The notes: generated from the sequence alone by a model not told the origin. DNA of 60,817 bases from an uncultured bacterium (GCA_964449065.1 CAYVAZ010000001.1:1-60817), one strand, 5' to 3'; shown: positions 9,356 to 17,859, numbered from the stretch's first letter. Numbers and translations are program-made.

Positions 9356-11346
9356 ACAAATCACTTTCACTTTTTCTTGCCGTTTGCTTTACAGCGGTGT
9401 TCGCCGTGATTGTGTATCATCACAGTATTTATCTGCTCCCGATTTTTCTACACTTGCGTGCTTTACTTGCCGGTTCAATCCCGTTTCTTGTCACCATAGT
9501 ACCCGCCTATTTACTGCTGAAACGCTACAGGGCATTTCATAAATTGGAACCAATGGATCGGATCATCTTTGTTGTACTTTCAGCTTTTTTAATTGCTGCT
9601 TTGATTCCCATCGTTCTTTTAACTATAGCTACACTTTCTGCAAGTATTTTGTTTTTGGTTTGTGTTCTATTGATCTTCATTTCCTATCCAACTTATAAGA
9701 AGTGGATTCTCACAGCGGATTTCAATAAAGCAGTTGAATCGGTTCATCAACAACCCCTTCATTTGCAGCTGCTATTTCTCATTTCTTTCGGACTGGCCGT
9801 CTTCGCGTCCCTCATCCCTCCATTAGGATACGACGCCCATGAATATCACTTAGCCGTTCCCCAGCAATTTTTGCGGCATGGGTATTGGATTGCGTTTCCC
9901 TACAACGTCTATGCGGCATTTCCCATGAATGTAGAAATGCTCTACCTCTATCCCCTGGCATTCGGAAGCACAGCCGGCTGTACGGTCATCAATTTATTCA
10001 TGGCGTTGTTTACGGGATTGGTCATAGCCCGGCTGGCCTATCAATTCGGTTACAGAGGCTCGTACCTTCTGCCTATAATCCTTTATCTTTCAACCGGCAT
10101 TGTTCTACGCTTAATTGTGGATGCCAAAAACGATCTGGCCCTGGCTATGTGCGGCATTCTTTTATTGTATGGCTACGAACAACTTCGGCGTGAATACTCT
10201 CTTATGATCATCGTGATGATGTCAATGGCGTTGGGTTTCGCGTTGGGAACAAAGTACATCACAGTCTTAGCAATTGTGTTTCCTTTTTTTATGGTTGTGA
10301 TCTTTGATGCCCTGATCAATCAGCAATGGAAACGAATTCAGTATGCCGTTATGGTGTGTATCGGCGGGGGATTGCTCTGGCTGCCCTGGCTGCTTCGCAA
10401 TTACATTCTATACCATAATCCGGTTTATCCCCTTTTAACCGGTGTCCTCAATGGAACACCGGAAATTTATACCGCTCTCTTCAGTGCCGCGCATGCTTCG
10501 GAAATCTACAAAGTTCAGCATGGTTTAAAGCCAACCCCTCCCGGTGGATTGTGGGGAAGCCAACTCATCGAATTTGTTTGGCTTCCCATTCGAAAAACTA
10601 TATTGGGCAATCCCGATCCCTCTTCCAACGCGTTGCCATTTGGTTTTTGCGCCTATTGGATGCTGTTTCCGTTTCTTTTCTTACAACGGGTTTTTTTTCA
10701 TTCGTTTGCGTTTCGGATTTTGATCTTTGCGCTGGCAACATACTTGATTTGGTTTTTTACCACCCAAAGAAACGACCGCTTTTTGGCGTCCCTTTTTTCC
10801 TTGTTTGCCCTCATACCCTGTATGGTTTTACCTGCAATCAATTGGGATACAATGCGAAAAGGCCTATATATTCTGTTGCTGATTGTAGTAGGCTACACGC
10901 AACTAAGCCAAACCATCGCCTTTATGCGTGAAGACACGTCCGGTCATGTTTTCTTTCCCTCTTTTGAAGAAGAATTTTACAAAGAACATCTGCCGCATTA
11001 CCGTGCAATCGCTTGGTTGAACGAAGAACAAAAAGAAAATAATTCGGTCGGAACTGTTCTGTTTATTGGCGAAGCCCAAACCTTTGGCGCGGAATTCGAC
11101 CACATTGCTCCAACGGTTTTTAATCCCCATCCTTTACAATATAGAATCGGCGAATCCGTCACGCACATCTTATACAATGCCTTTGAACTCAACCGGTTTG
11201 AACGCGGCTACGGCCCGTTAGGCTGGCCCCAAGGAGATATGCTTCGCAGTTGGGTAGAAAATAATAAAGGCGATTTGCTGAAAGAAGTCTATGACGCCCT
11301 TCCCGAACAGCCCGGAAATTTAGTTGTATTTGAAATCCGTAAATGA
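9340..11346 (+). CDS. Large polytopic membrane protein, ArnT/PMT (GT-C)-like organisation
   Basis: About 12 or more hydrophobic helices, a loop motif PPLGYDAHEYH after the early helices, and a ~130-aa soluble C-terminal domain. The ATG at 9340 overlaps the ruvX end; the ORF-track start 9211 lies inside ruvX. The fold assignment is inference. Confidence 0.45.
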   Translation: MQPPINKSLSLFLAVCFTAVFAVIVYHHSIYLLPIFLHLRALLAGSIPFLVTIVPAYLLLKRYRAFHKLEPMDRIIFVVLSAFLIAALIPIVLLTIATLSASILFLVCVLLIFISYPTYKKWILTADFNKAVESVHQQPLHLQLLFLISFGLAVFASLIPPLGYDAHEYHLAVPQQFLRHGYWIAFPYNVYAAFPMNVEMLYLYPLAFGSTAGCTVINLFMALFTGLVIARLAYQFGYRGSYLLPIILYLSTGIVLRLIVDAKNDLALAMCGILLLYGYEQLRREYSLMIIVMMSMALGFALGTKYITVLAIVFPFFMVVIFDALINQQWKRIQYAVMVCIGGGLLWLPWLLRNYILYHNPVYPLLTGVLNGTPEIYTALFSAAHASEIYKVQHGLKPTPPGGLWGSQLIEFVWLPIRKTILGNPDPSSNALPFGFCAYWMLFPFLFLQRVFFHSFAFRILIFALATYLIWFFTTQRNDRFLASLFSLFALIPCMVLPAINWDTMRKGLYILLLIVVGYTQLSQTIAFMREDTSGHVFFPSFEEEFYKEHLPHYRAIAWLNEEQKENNSVGTVLFIGEAQTFGAEFDHIAPTVFNPHPLQYRIGESVTHILYNAFELNRFERGYGPLGWPQGDMLRSWVENNKGDLLKEVYDALPEQPGNLVVFEIRK

Positions 11347-11393
11347 TAGGATTGCATATCTGTTATTCATGTATTTACTTTGGGGAGAGACAC

Positions 11394-12005
11394 ATGAAAA
11401 AAGGATTCACACTAATTGAACTGCTTATTGTTGTCGCCATCATTGGGATTCTGGCAGCGATTGCCATCCCAAACTTCATGAACGCGCAAGTTCGGGCAAA
11501 GATCGGAAGAGTCTACAGCGACCTGCGCAGCATTCACACCGCGATTGAGATGTACTCTGTCGATAACGGCAGAGAAATCCGTGATACCTTTGAAATCCCG
11601 AATTACTATGGCAACGCGAACCACGTGTGGTCTCAACTTACAACTCCTATTGCCTACATTTCCGGCGGGGCGTTTACGGATCCGTTTGTTCCGGATGTGA
11701 ATCCGGTCAGCAACGGGGCCGCGGGCGAAGCGGTTCGGGTTGGTACCTACCAATACCACAACATTAAACTCTGGCGCGAAACCAACCGCGGCGGGATGAA
11801 AGAATTGGCCGATCAAACCGCCCGCTATTATGTCCGCAGTGCCGGGCCGGACCGCTGGTATATCAACCACCCCATGCGTCTGATGAACTGGATGGCCTTC
11901 AACACTTCAAACGGCCTCAACAGCATCGGCGATATTATTTTGTGTGACAAGGGAATACTCGGAGAAAACTTTATCGGCAATACACACGACTCTTTTTATT
12001 ATTAA
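11394..12005 (+). CDS. Prepilin-type N-terminal cleavage/methylation protein, GspG-like pseudopilin (paralog 1)
   Basis: MKKGFTLIELLIVVAIIGILAAIAIPNF (the G/FTLIEL class III signal) with GGGGAGAGA upstream. AQVRAK...AIEMYSVDNG resembles GspG. Confidence 0.85.
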   Translation: MKKGFTLIELLIVVAIIGILAAIAIPNFMNAQVRAKIGRVYSDLRSIHTAIEMYSVDNGREIRDTFEIPNYYGNANHVWSQLTTPIAYISGGAFTDPFVPDVNPVSNGAAGEAVRVGTYQYHNIKLWRETNRGGMKELADQTARYYVRSAGPDRWYINHPMRLMNWMAFNTSNGLNSIGDIILCDKGILGENFIGNTHDSFYY

Positions 12006-12019
12006 CCCCTGTTTCTGAC

Positions 12020-12056
12020 AAAAAAAAGCAGCCTTGGTTTTGAAGGCTGCTTTTTG
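12020..12056. terminator. Bidirectional rho-independent terminator
   Basis: A8-GCAGCCTT-ggttttg-AAGGCTGC-T5 between convergent genes ending at 12005 (+) and 12078 (-). Confidence 0.8.
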
Positions 12057-12077
12057 AATGAGCTATCAATTGTCTCT

Positions 12078-12824
12078 TTAGATCTCTACGAATCGGATGA
12101 ATGAAGATCCTTGGTTCCCACTGGTTGAGGAAGTTGTACTGGTAGAAGCAAAGGTTTCTGTTTCTTCTGTAGTTGTAACGGGATCGGTAGTACCTATTGT
12201 ACCTTCATCCGGTGGTGGAATGGTTACAACATCATCGTTCGTGGTGTCCCCGCCGGTACCAATTCCATCATCTGTGGTTGTATCACCTGTTGTTCCGCCA
12301 GTGTCTGTATTTCCGGTTGTATCACCGGTTGTATCGCCTGCATCGGTACCGTCCGTAGTTGTGTCACCGGTTTCCGTACCGCCTGTTGTGTCTCCAGTAT
12401 TAGGTGTGTCTTCCGTATCACCTGTGTCGCCAGGTTCTGATGTTGCATCGTTACCGCCGAAAATTCTGGCTAAGACTTCCGGCGCTCTAGAACCTTCAAA
12501 CGCGCGTTCAAACGCCCGGGGAAATACATCACGTGCTTCTTCAAATTCTTGTGCCTGTTCTTGTGTAAAATTTCTACCGCGGGAAATGAATTCGCGTGCA
12601 GCCACTTGTGCCTGCTGTGCCTGGCTAGAAATTTCGACCCGGTCCGTTCGGCGTTGACCACGATCGGCCCCATCATCCTCCCGTTCACGGATGAAAGAAA
12701 AGTCGCGGTTTCGGCTGCCATTTATACGTTCTACATCATCATTTCTTTGATTCTGAGAATTGTTACCATTGACAGTACTGGCGCCACCAAAACCGGTAGC
12801 GCTGAGATTTACAGCATCTACCAT
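12078..12824 (-). CDS. Low-complexity, probably disordered protein with a Thr/Gly/Asp-rich tract (paralog of 13355..13753)
   Basis: ATG 12824 is preceded by GGTGA. MVDAVNLS..., DRVEISSQAQQAQ motif, then roughly 70 aa of GDTT-like repeats and a FIRFVEI C-terminus. Has its own terminator. Confidence 0.6.
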   Translation of the reverse strand: MVDAVNLSATGFGGASTVNGNNSQNQRNDDVERINGSRNRDFSFIREREDDGADRGQRRTDRVEISSQAQQAQVAAREFISRGRNFTQEQAQEFEEARDVFPRAFERAFEGSRAPEVLARIFGGNDATSEPGDTGDTEDTPNTGDTTGGTETGDTTTDGTDAGDTTGDTTGNTDTGGTTGDTTTDDGIGTGGDTTNDDVVTIPPPDEGTIGTTDPVTTTEETETFASTSTTSSTSGNQGSSFIRFVEI

Positions 12825-13149
12825 TTGAATCACCAACTTTCTTTAAGATGTTGATCTTAACACAATTTTACACTGTCTTTCATACAAAGTCAAATCATAA
12901 TAATAAAAATCTCAGAAAATGATAAAAGCATATTACATATTGTGTAACATAACTTTATTTTCAGACATTTTTTATTCACTGACCTGGTGTTACGCAAAGT
13001 CCAATACGGTAGGTATTGCTGCAAGCCTCAGACCAGTTTCGCATGTCTTTTGAAAAGAAGAAATACCGCAAAATTTGAAGGCAATTATATCCGTAAGAAA
13101 ATATTGAGAGTATAGAATTATCGTGTTATGGCCCCTTTGTATTAGGGCG

Positions 13150-13245
13150 TGGTGCAGTAGGCTCCTGGGGATATGCTTTGTTGATCGTGTGTTCGATCCC
13201 CCCTTGCCCTTAACAAGTGGGAAAGCAATAACAGATTCTGTTTAT
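13150..13245 (+). repeat. Dispersed intergenic repeat, copy C (degenerate)
   Basis: GGTGCAGTAGGCTCCTGGGGATATGCTTTGTTGATCGTGTGTTCGATCCCCCCTTGCCCTTAACAAGTGGGAAAGCAATAAC aligns to the copy F module order. Confidence 0.65.
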
Positions 13246-13286
13246 TCAACTCTGAAACGCTTTAGTAGTCTGTTTGAGTATATGAC

Positions 13287-13327
13287 AAAAAGGCAATGCC
13301 CCAGCGAATTCGACCGGGAATTGCCTT
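13287..13327 (-). terminator. Probable rho-independent terminator of 13355..13753
   Basis: The minus strand reads AAAGGCAATTCCCGG...GGGGCATTGCCTTTTT just downstream of the stop. Confidence 0.5.
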
Positions 13328-13354
13328 TCTCATAAATCCCGCATTTTTCTGTTT

Positions 13355-13753
13355 TTACAACTCAACTAAATCGGCAATAGCAGAATTGGTCTGAGCCTCG
13401 TTGGCTGAACTGCGGTCTTCACTTTGCTGCACCGCTTCTGCATTCGCAGGAGGAATAGATACCACTTCCGCTTGCGGTGTATCATTCGGTTGTGGAGCTT
13501 GGGTGAAGATTTGACTTGGTTCAGGCAACTCAATAACAGCCTGTTGCGATGCTCTTAAGTCAGGCCGTTCCGAGAATACCGCGCGGGACGCCACTTGCGC
13601 TTCTTGTGAAATATTCACTTGATCCACATTTGCATTCGATGGTGCATTCGTAGATGAAGTCGTATTTCTCCCCTCAACAGAATTGCCATTGGCAGAAGTT
13701 GCCGGAATCGCTACATTGGCGACCGGTGCGTTTGTGCTGATAGAATCAACCAT
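13355..13753 (-). CDS. Low-complexity, probably disordered protein (paralog of 12078..12824)
   Basis: MVDSISTN..., DQVNISQEAQVASRAVF motif, SIPPA, IADLVEL C-terminus. AAGGGGGG lies 9 nt upstream of the ATG. Confidence 0.6.
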   Translation of the reverse strand: MVDSISTNAPVANVAIPATSANGNSVEGRNTTSSTNAPSNANVDQVNISQEAQVASRAVFSERPDLRASQQAVIELPEPSQIFTQAPQPNDTPQAEVVSIPPANAEAVQQSEDRSSANEAQTNSAIADLVEL

Positions 13754-13975
13754 GAACTCAGCCCCCCTTAACGTCCGTGTTAGGGTTTATGCAGATTTAC
13801 CCTAATATCGAAGTATCGGCCGGTATACTAAATACTTTAGCTTTTTTTTGAAAAAAAATACTGATATTTATTCTACAATATATAGGTATGATAACTTTTC
13901 GTTTATCAATATATAGTATACTTTAGTAGATATAAAAATATTTAAATTCATGTTTGCTTCCTATCATTAAATATT

Positions 13976-15331
13976 ATGGCTGATGTTAAACCAATTCGCT
14001 ACCACTCGATGGACGCCCTGCGCGCGGTTGCCATGCTGTTGGGCATCTATCTGCATACCGCAATTGCCTGGACGGGAATAGCAGATGTTTCCTCTCACCC
14101 CGTTCCAGGAATAATCGGCCAAATCATCCACCTATTCCGAATGCAGGCCTTCTTTTTAATCGCGGGATTCTTCGCGCGCTTTCTTTACCACCGTGATGGC
14201 TGGCAAAGCATGATGATCAACCGCGGCAAACGGATACTTGTTCCCTATATTCTGGGTTGTATCATCCTCCTGCCCATCACTCATGCCATGTATGTCTTCG
14301 CTGCCGCACGATCAGCAGACCCCCAAGCACCGTTTCCTTGGAATAATGTTTATAACTATTTCGAAACGGAGCGGTTTTGGCAATATCTTCATCCCAATTA
14401 TTTGTGGTTTTTGTATTACCTCATGCTGATGTATGTGTTTGCCGTCGCGGGCCATCTATTGGTTGGCAAAATGCCCATCAAAGAAAAAGCCTGTCAATGG
14501 GGCGATTGGCTTATCCATACCGGCTGCACCCGCTGGTATGGCTTTATAATATGGGGATTGCTCGCAGCGTTGGTTATGTTGGTGTTCCGTGTCCCTGTGG
14601 TTGATTTGGCACCGTTCTACTTTTATCCCCAGTGGGGACCGTTCGGGCTCTATTTTCTCTTCTTCATGGCAGGCTGGTTGATTCACCGCAACGTAGAATT
14701 ATTGCAGAACTTAAAAAACCGCTGGCGGTATCATTTGTTCATTCCACTGGCCATCATCTTGATTGCCGTGCTTTGCTTCATCCCGGTCATCGTCACCAGC
14801 GGTGATACCGAAATGAAATTCATGAAAGAATTCGGCAGCCAGTTCCAGGAAATGAAAATGATTATGGAAAAAGGGAAGGTATTTGATGAAGAAGGGATCG
14901 CCCGCGTGCCGTTCCTCGAAATGCTGATGAATATTTCCTTGCCGCAGCCGGTTCCCCTAAATGTAATGATTGGAGCAACCCTTTACGTCATATTTAACAC
15001 GCAGCTGATGTGGGCATTGACGTTTTGTGTGGTTGGTTTGTTCGTGCGCTTTTTCGATAATCCCAGCCCCACTTTTCGCTATGTCGCCGATGCATCCTAT
15101 TGGCTCTATCTGGCGCACGGCCCGGTCGTCATGTACACTCAAATCGAATGGGCCTATTGGGAAATCCCCTGGTACATCAAAAACCCGCTGATCAACATCT
15201 TTGTGGTTTTGATCTTGCTGATTAGCTACCACCTGGTAGTACGCTCAACCTACCTTGGAACCCTCTTAAACGGCCGCCGCTACCCATTCCGCTGGCCTTG
15301 GAACTCTGTTCATGAAAAACCGATCCGCTAG
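13976..15331 (+). CDS. Acyltransferase family 3 / OpgC-like membrane protein
   Basis: IRYHSMDALRAVAMLLGIYLHTA N-terminal motif and about 10 hydrophobic helices are typical of acyltransferase_3. Confidence 0.8.
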   Translation: MADVKPIRYHSMDALRAVAMLLGIYLHTAIAWTGIADVSSHPVPGIIGQIIHLFRMQAFFLIAGFFARFLYHRDGWQSMMINRGKRILVPYILGCIILLPITHAMYVFAAARSADPQAPFPWNNVYNYFETERFWQYLHPNYLWFLYYLMLMYVFAVAGHLLVGKMPIKEKACQWGDWLIHTGCTRWYGFIIWGLLAALVMLVFRVPVVDLAPFYFYPQWGPFGLYFLFFMAGWLIHRNVELLQNLKNRWRYHLFIPLAIILIAVLCFIPVIVTSGDTEMKFMKEFGSQFQEMKMIMEKGKVFDEEGIARVPFLEMLMNISLPQPVPLNVMIGATLYVIFNTQLMWALTFCVVGLFVRFFDNPSPTFRYVADASYWLYLAHGPVVMYTQIEWAYWEIPWYIKNPLINIFVVLILLISYHLVVRSTYLGTLLNGRRYPFRWPWNSVHEKPIR

Positions 15332-15500
15332 TACTGTGTCAACGATTGGTTGAAGGGTGGCGATCCCCCCACCTTATCTAGGGGGAAAACCCCGTGGCTT
15401 GGCGGGAGCCTCGCCCACCCGGTTTCGTTCCATCAAGTTCCAAGTCGCAGTCCGGTTTGGCGCACGCAATGACAAGTAATATACACGGTTTGCGTAACAT
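15331..15500 (+). repeat. Dispersed intergenic repeat, copy D plus additional hairpin modules
   Basis: GTACTGTGTCAACGATTGG...GCGATCCCCCCACCTTATCTAGGGGG matches the left half of copy B. Followed by a GGCGGGAGCCTCGCCC hairpin and a GGTTTGCGTAAC module. Starts at the G of the upstream TAG stop. Confidence 0.7.
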
Positions 15501-15506
15501 GAATTA

Positions 15507-15731
15507 TTAAGAACGTTGAGTGGATTTTTTGGCGAGTTCAATAAGAGATAACAACGCATCGTTCACTTCATCCTCATTTTTAAATACCGCAGCAACTTCC
15601 GGTTTTAGCACAACAACATTTGAGGATTCTTTTATTCTCTGTACATACTTCCCCCGCACAAAACCATCTGGAAAATCTTCTGGATAGTATTCGGCTCTCA
15701 TATCATTCTTAAATTTCTTTGGATCATTCAT
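15507..15731 (-). CDS. Small antitoxin-like protein (orphan)
   Basis: MRAEYYPEDF..GFVRGKY....VVVLKPEVAAVFKNEDEVNDALLSL matches a recurrent small TA-antitoxin-like pattern (EYDFS..GvRGKY...V.LdpDVa.vF.....VN.ALR). No partner ORF is visible. Confidence 0.5.
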   Translation of the reverse strand: MNDPKKFKNDMRAEYYPEDFPDGFVRGKYVQRIKESSNVVVLKPEVAAVFKNEDEVNDALLSLIELAKKSTQRS

Positions 15732-15798
15732 CAGTACAATCTGTTTATATTGAAAATAGTTTTATGGGTTATTTTATCATGCTTTCATTGATTGAAAA

Positions 15799-15831
15799 TA
15801 AAAAAAGGTGGATCACCGAAATGATCCACCC
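15799..15831 (-). terminator. Rho-independent terminator of the DUF1080 gene
   Basis: The minus strand reads GGTGGATC-atttcggt-GATCCACC followed by T8. Confidence 0.8.
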
Positions 15832-15854
15832 TTCGAAATAATCCATTATTCAAC

Positions 15855-16592
15855 CTAATCCAGCTCTTTAATCTTAACATTCGTAAACAACACCACATCG
15901 CTTGCGTGGTGGTTTTGCAATGAAATAAACCCGGCTTCCGGGAACTTGCTTTCCGGGTCGGTCCAATCCAGGGTTTGCTTGCCGTTGATCCAAATTTGAA
16001 TCCGGTCGCCTTCAACCTTCACGCGCTGGTTAAACCATTTGCCTTCATGCACTTCGGCTAAGCCTTCCGCTTTCCAGTTGCCGTCTTTATCGACCAGCAA
16101 ATTGCCGCGCAGATCGCCTTTGAACCCGGCATTGTAGATGCCGCCGGTGGGGTTGTTTGAGTCGTAATGATCCACCTGAACTTCATACCCCAACGGGAAG
16201 CTGGAATCCCGCTTGACGCAGCGCACAAACACGCCGGAATTGCCCATGCGTTGCTTTGGAACCCGCACATCATACGCGCAGACATCCCAGCTGGCTTCAA
16301 AGTTCTTGTACTTCTTGTCGGTGTACAAATGCGACGCGCCTTGTTGGTCGCTTACAATAATGCCGTTATGCACCGACCAGTTTCCTTTGTACTTGTCTTC
16401 CCAATGCCAGCCGTCCAAGTTTTCACCGTTGAATAACAATTCCCAGCCGTTTTCCTTGTCTTCCGCGGTTAGTGTGTTGAGATTCCCTTCCGGGAACGCG
16501 ATGGAATCCGCATAGCGTTGTGCCTGTCCGATATTGCAAGCTGTCAGCAACGCCAACCCTGTCATCAAACAAAATAATTGCTTGCACTTCAT
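15855..16592 (-). CDS. DUF1080 (3-keto-disaccharide hydrolase-like) lipoprotein
   Basis: Signal/lipobox LALLTAC, then GWELLFNGENLDGW..W.V.NG....HLYT..YKNFE...NSGVFVR...GYEVQV...GGIYN...ISLQNH....LFTNVKIKEL is the classic DUF1080 pattern. Confidence 0.88.
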   Translation of the reverse strand: MKCKQLFCLMTGLALLTACNIGQAQRYADSIAFPEGNLNTLTAEDKENGWELLFNGENLDGWHWEDKYKGNWSVHNGIIVSDQQGASHLYTDKKYKNFEASWDVCAYDVRVPKQRMGNSGVFVRCVKRDSSFPLGYEVQVDHYDSNNPTGGIYNAGFKGDLRGNLLVDKDGNWKAEGLAEVHEGKWFNQRVKVEGDRIQIWINGKQTLDWTDPESKFPEAGFISLQNHHASDVVLFTNVKIKELD

Positions 16593-16877
16593 AATTTGAC
16601 CTCCAACTGTAAGTATTTTTACTTCTCAATTAAAGCCTGCAAAGTGAGCCTCTGTCTAGTGCGATTGGGCGGCTTTCTACAATTATTTTAATTCGATATA
16701 CTGAAACGGAGTACAGGAGGATGTGGTACAAACGCTGATCGGCAGCTTCAAAAATTTTTCGAAACCGATATCTCTTTTGATGAGATTCTCGCACCCTTCC
16801 GCCAATCCAAAGCTGAAACTGTCTCTGCATTTTTGAAGGAATTGGATATTGATAATGATTCATTGATGCAAATGATT

Positions 16878-17642
16878 TTATAAAGGTTTCCATACTTCAC
16901 CGCTTCTAGAGTTACCAGACACCACGCAAGCAGCATTGGATGGATTGTCAAATACATAATCTTCGGTGAAAATATAATTTTCATCTTGGCGTTTCTTAAG
17001 AATACCATCTTTAATTAGATTTTTTCTGATTCCACTTATTTTTGGAATATTATCAAAAGCTTTCGATGTATTTCCCTTTGCTATAGAACCTTTTAGTACG
17101 AAAAACTCCCTCCTAAAGCGAATATAATAGCCTTTAGCATCAAACTCCCCTTTTTTATTATGATAGTGAAGAATTCTTGGATCTTCATCTAGTTCAATTA
17201 AGTTAGCAGACACTTGATTTGAATTATCAAAGTAGTTTGGCTGACGTATAGAAGGTTCTGGAAGTGAACTCGCTATTTCATCAAGATCACCAATTGGTAT
17301 TTCTACTGCTTTATTCCATTGACAATTAAACCAATCGCATAATTCAGAATAAATTTCCGGCTCATCAATTAATACACCCATTTCAGTGCGGTGTTGAATC
17401 CCACTTGTAGTAAAATTAGCAGAACCAAGCATTGCTTTGGTTGATCCAATTAATAATTTGGCGTGAAGGTTTGAAATATGACGAATACAATCAGTATTAT
17501 CTTTTACAAAAACATTAAAATCTTCTCTTTCCGGATTTGGGATTGATAAAAAGCATTCTTCTATGTCTGTAATAAGTTTCCAAGATTTACTGAGGTCGAT
17601 TAATCTATATAAATAATCATGATGGCAAACCGTTTTCATCAT
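16878..17642 (-). CDS. PLD-superfamily (HKD) nuclease-like domain fused to a DUF4357-like C-terminal domain
   Basis: HAKLLIGSTKAMLGSANFTTSG is an HxK(x)4D-type HKD motif. The C-terminus FFVLKGSIAKG...IRKNLIKDGIL...YIFTEDYVFDNPSNAACVVSGNSRSGEVWK matches the DUF4357 pattern known from GIY-YIG and restriction-associated proteins. Strongly AT-rich. ATGATG start at 17642/17639. Confidence 0.65.
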   Translation of the reverse strand: MMKTVCHHDYLYRLIDLSKSWKLITDIEECFLSIPNPEREDFNVFVKDNTDCIRHISNLHAKLLIGSTKAMLGSANFTTSGIQHRTEMGVLIDEPEIYSELCDWFNCQWNKAVEIPIGDLDEIASSLPEPSIRQPNYFDNSNQVSANLIELDEDPRILHYHNKKGEFDAKGYYIRFRREFFVLKGSIAKGNTSKAFDNIPKISGIRKNLIKDGILKKRQDENYIFTEDYVFDNPSNAACVVSGNSRSGEVWKPL

Positions 17643-17859
17643 ACCCAATAATCTCATCCGGGGTCCGGTTATCCACAACCGGCAGCGCGTCAATTTTCTC
17701 CAGAATTTTCTCCACCGCATCCCGGTCAATCTTCTTCCGGGGTGGTGGTACAGGGTGTATCGTAACGTTCACACGTTCTTCCGGCTGGGCATCCATTTGT
17801 TTTACCCATGCTTGTGGCAAATCCTGTACGGGTATATTTTCAATTGTCAATTCTTTCAT
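17617..17859 (-). CDS. Small antitoxin-like protein
   Basis: 80 aa. MKELTIENIPVQDLPQAW...VTIHP N-terminus and ...LPVVDNRTPDEIIGYDENGLPS tail resemble type II antitoxins. The 3' end overlaps the downstream gene start by about 25 nt. An inverted repeat brackets a TATAAT upstream. Confidence 0.5.
   Translation of the reverse strand: MKELTIENIPVQDLPQAWVKQMDAQPEERVNVTIHPVPPPRKKIDRDAVEKILEKIDALPVVDNRTPDEIIGYDENGLPS

Noticed and set aside
12097-12657. 186-aa plus-strand ORF (V/S/P-rich) antisense to the Thr/Gly/Asp-rich gene
   Set aside because: It is a shadow frame of a repetitive GDTT-coding tract. It has no RBS and no independent signals. The minus-strand frame has an RBS, a terminator and a paralog.
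13123-13335. Short ORFs translating repeat copies (13123..13335, 15374..15559, 22410..22649, 51812..51997, 52794..53087, 53283..53492)
   Set aside because: Each is the conceptual translation of a dispersed repeat or hairpin module (for example ...DPPLPLTSGK..., ...GAHCNVPQ...). The same peptide-like strings recur only because the DNA repeat recurs.
12078-13753. Calling the two disordered paralogs FlgM (anti-sigma-28)
   Set aside because: Only the short V-x-I-S-x-x-A-Q motif matches. The remaining FlgM C-terminal pattern and any flagellar or FliA context are absent. Kept as a hypothesis in the findings, not as an annotation.
16692-16883. Plus-strand open frame ending ...FDEILAPFRQSKAETVSAFLKELDIDNDSLMQMIL, which looks protein-like, in the gap between the DUF1080 and PLD genes
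   Set aside because: It has no ATG, GTG or TTG with an RBS before codon ~58, and only 63 codons are open. It overlaps a minus-strand ORF and abuts the PLD stop. It could be a gene remnant. A tblastn or blastp hit to a longer protein would revive it as a pseudogene.
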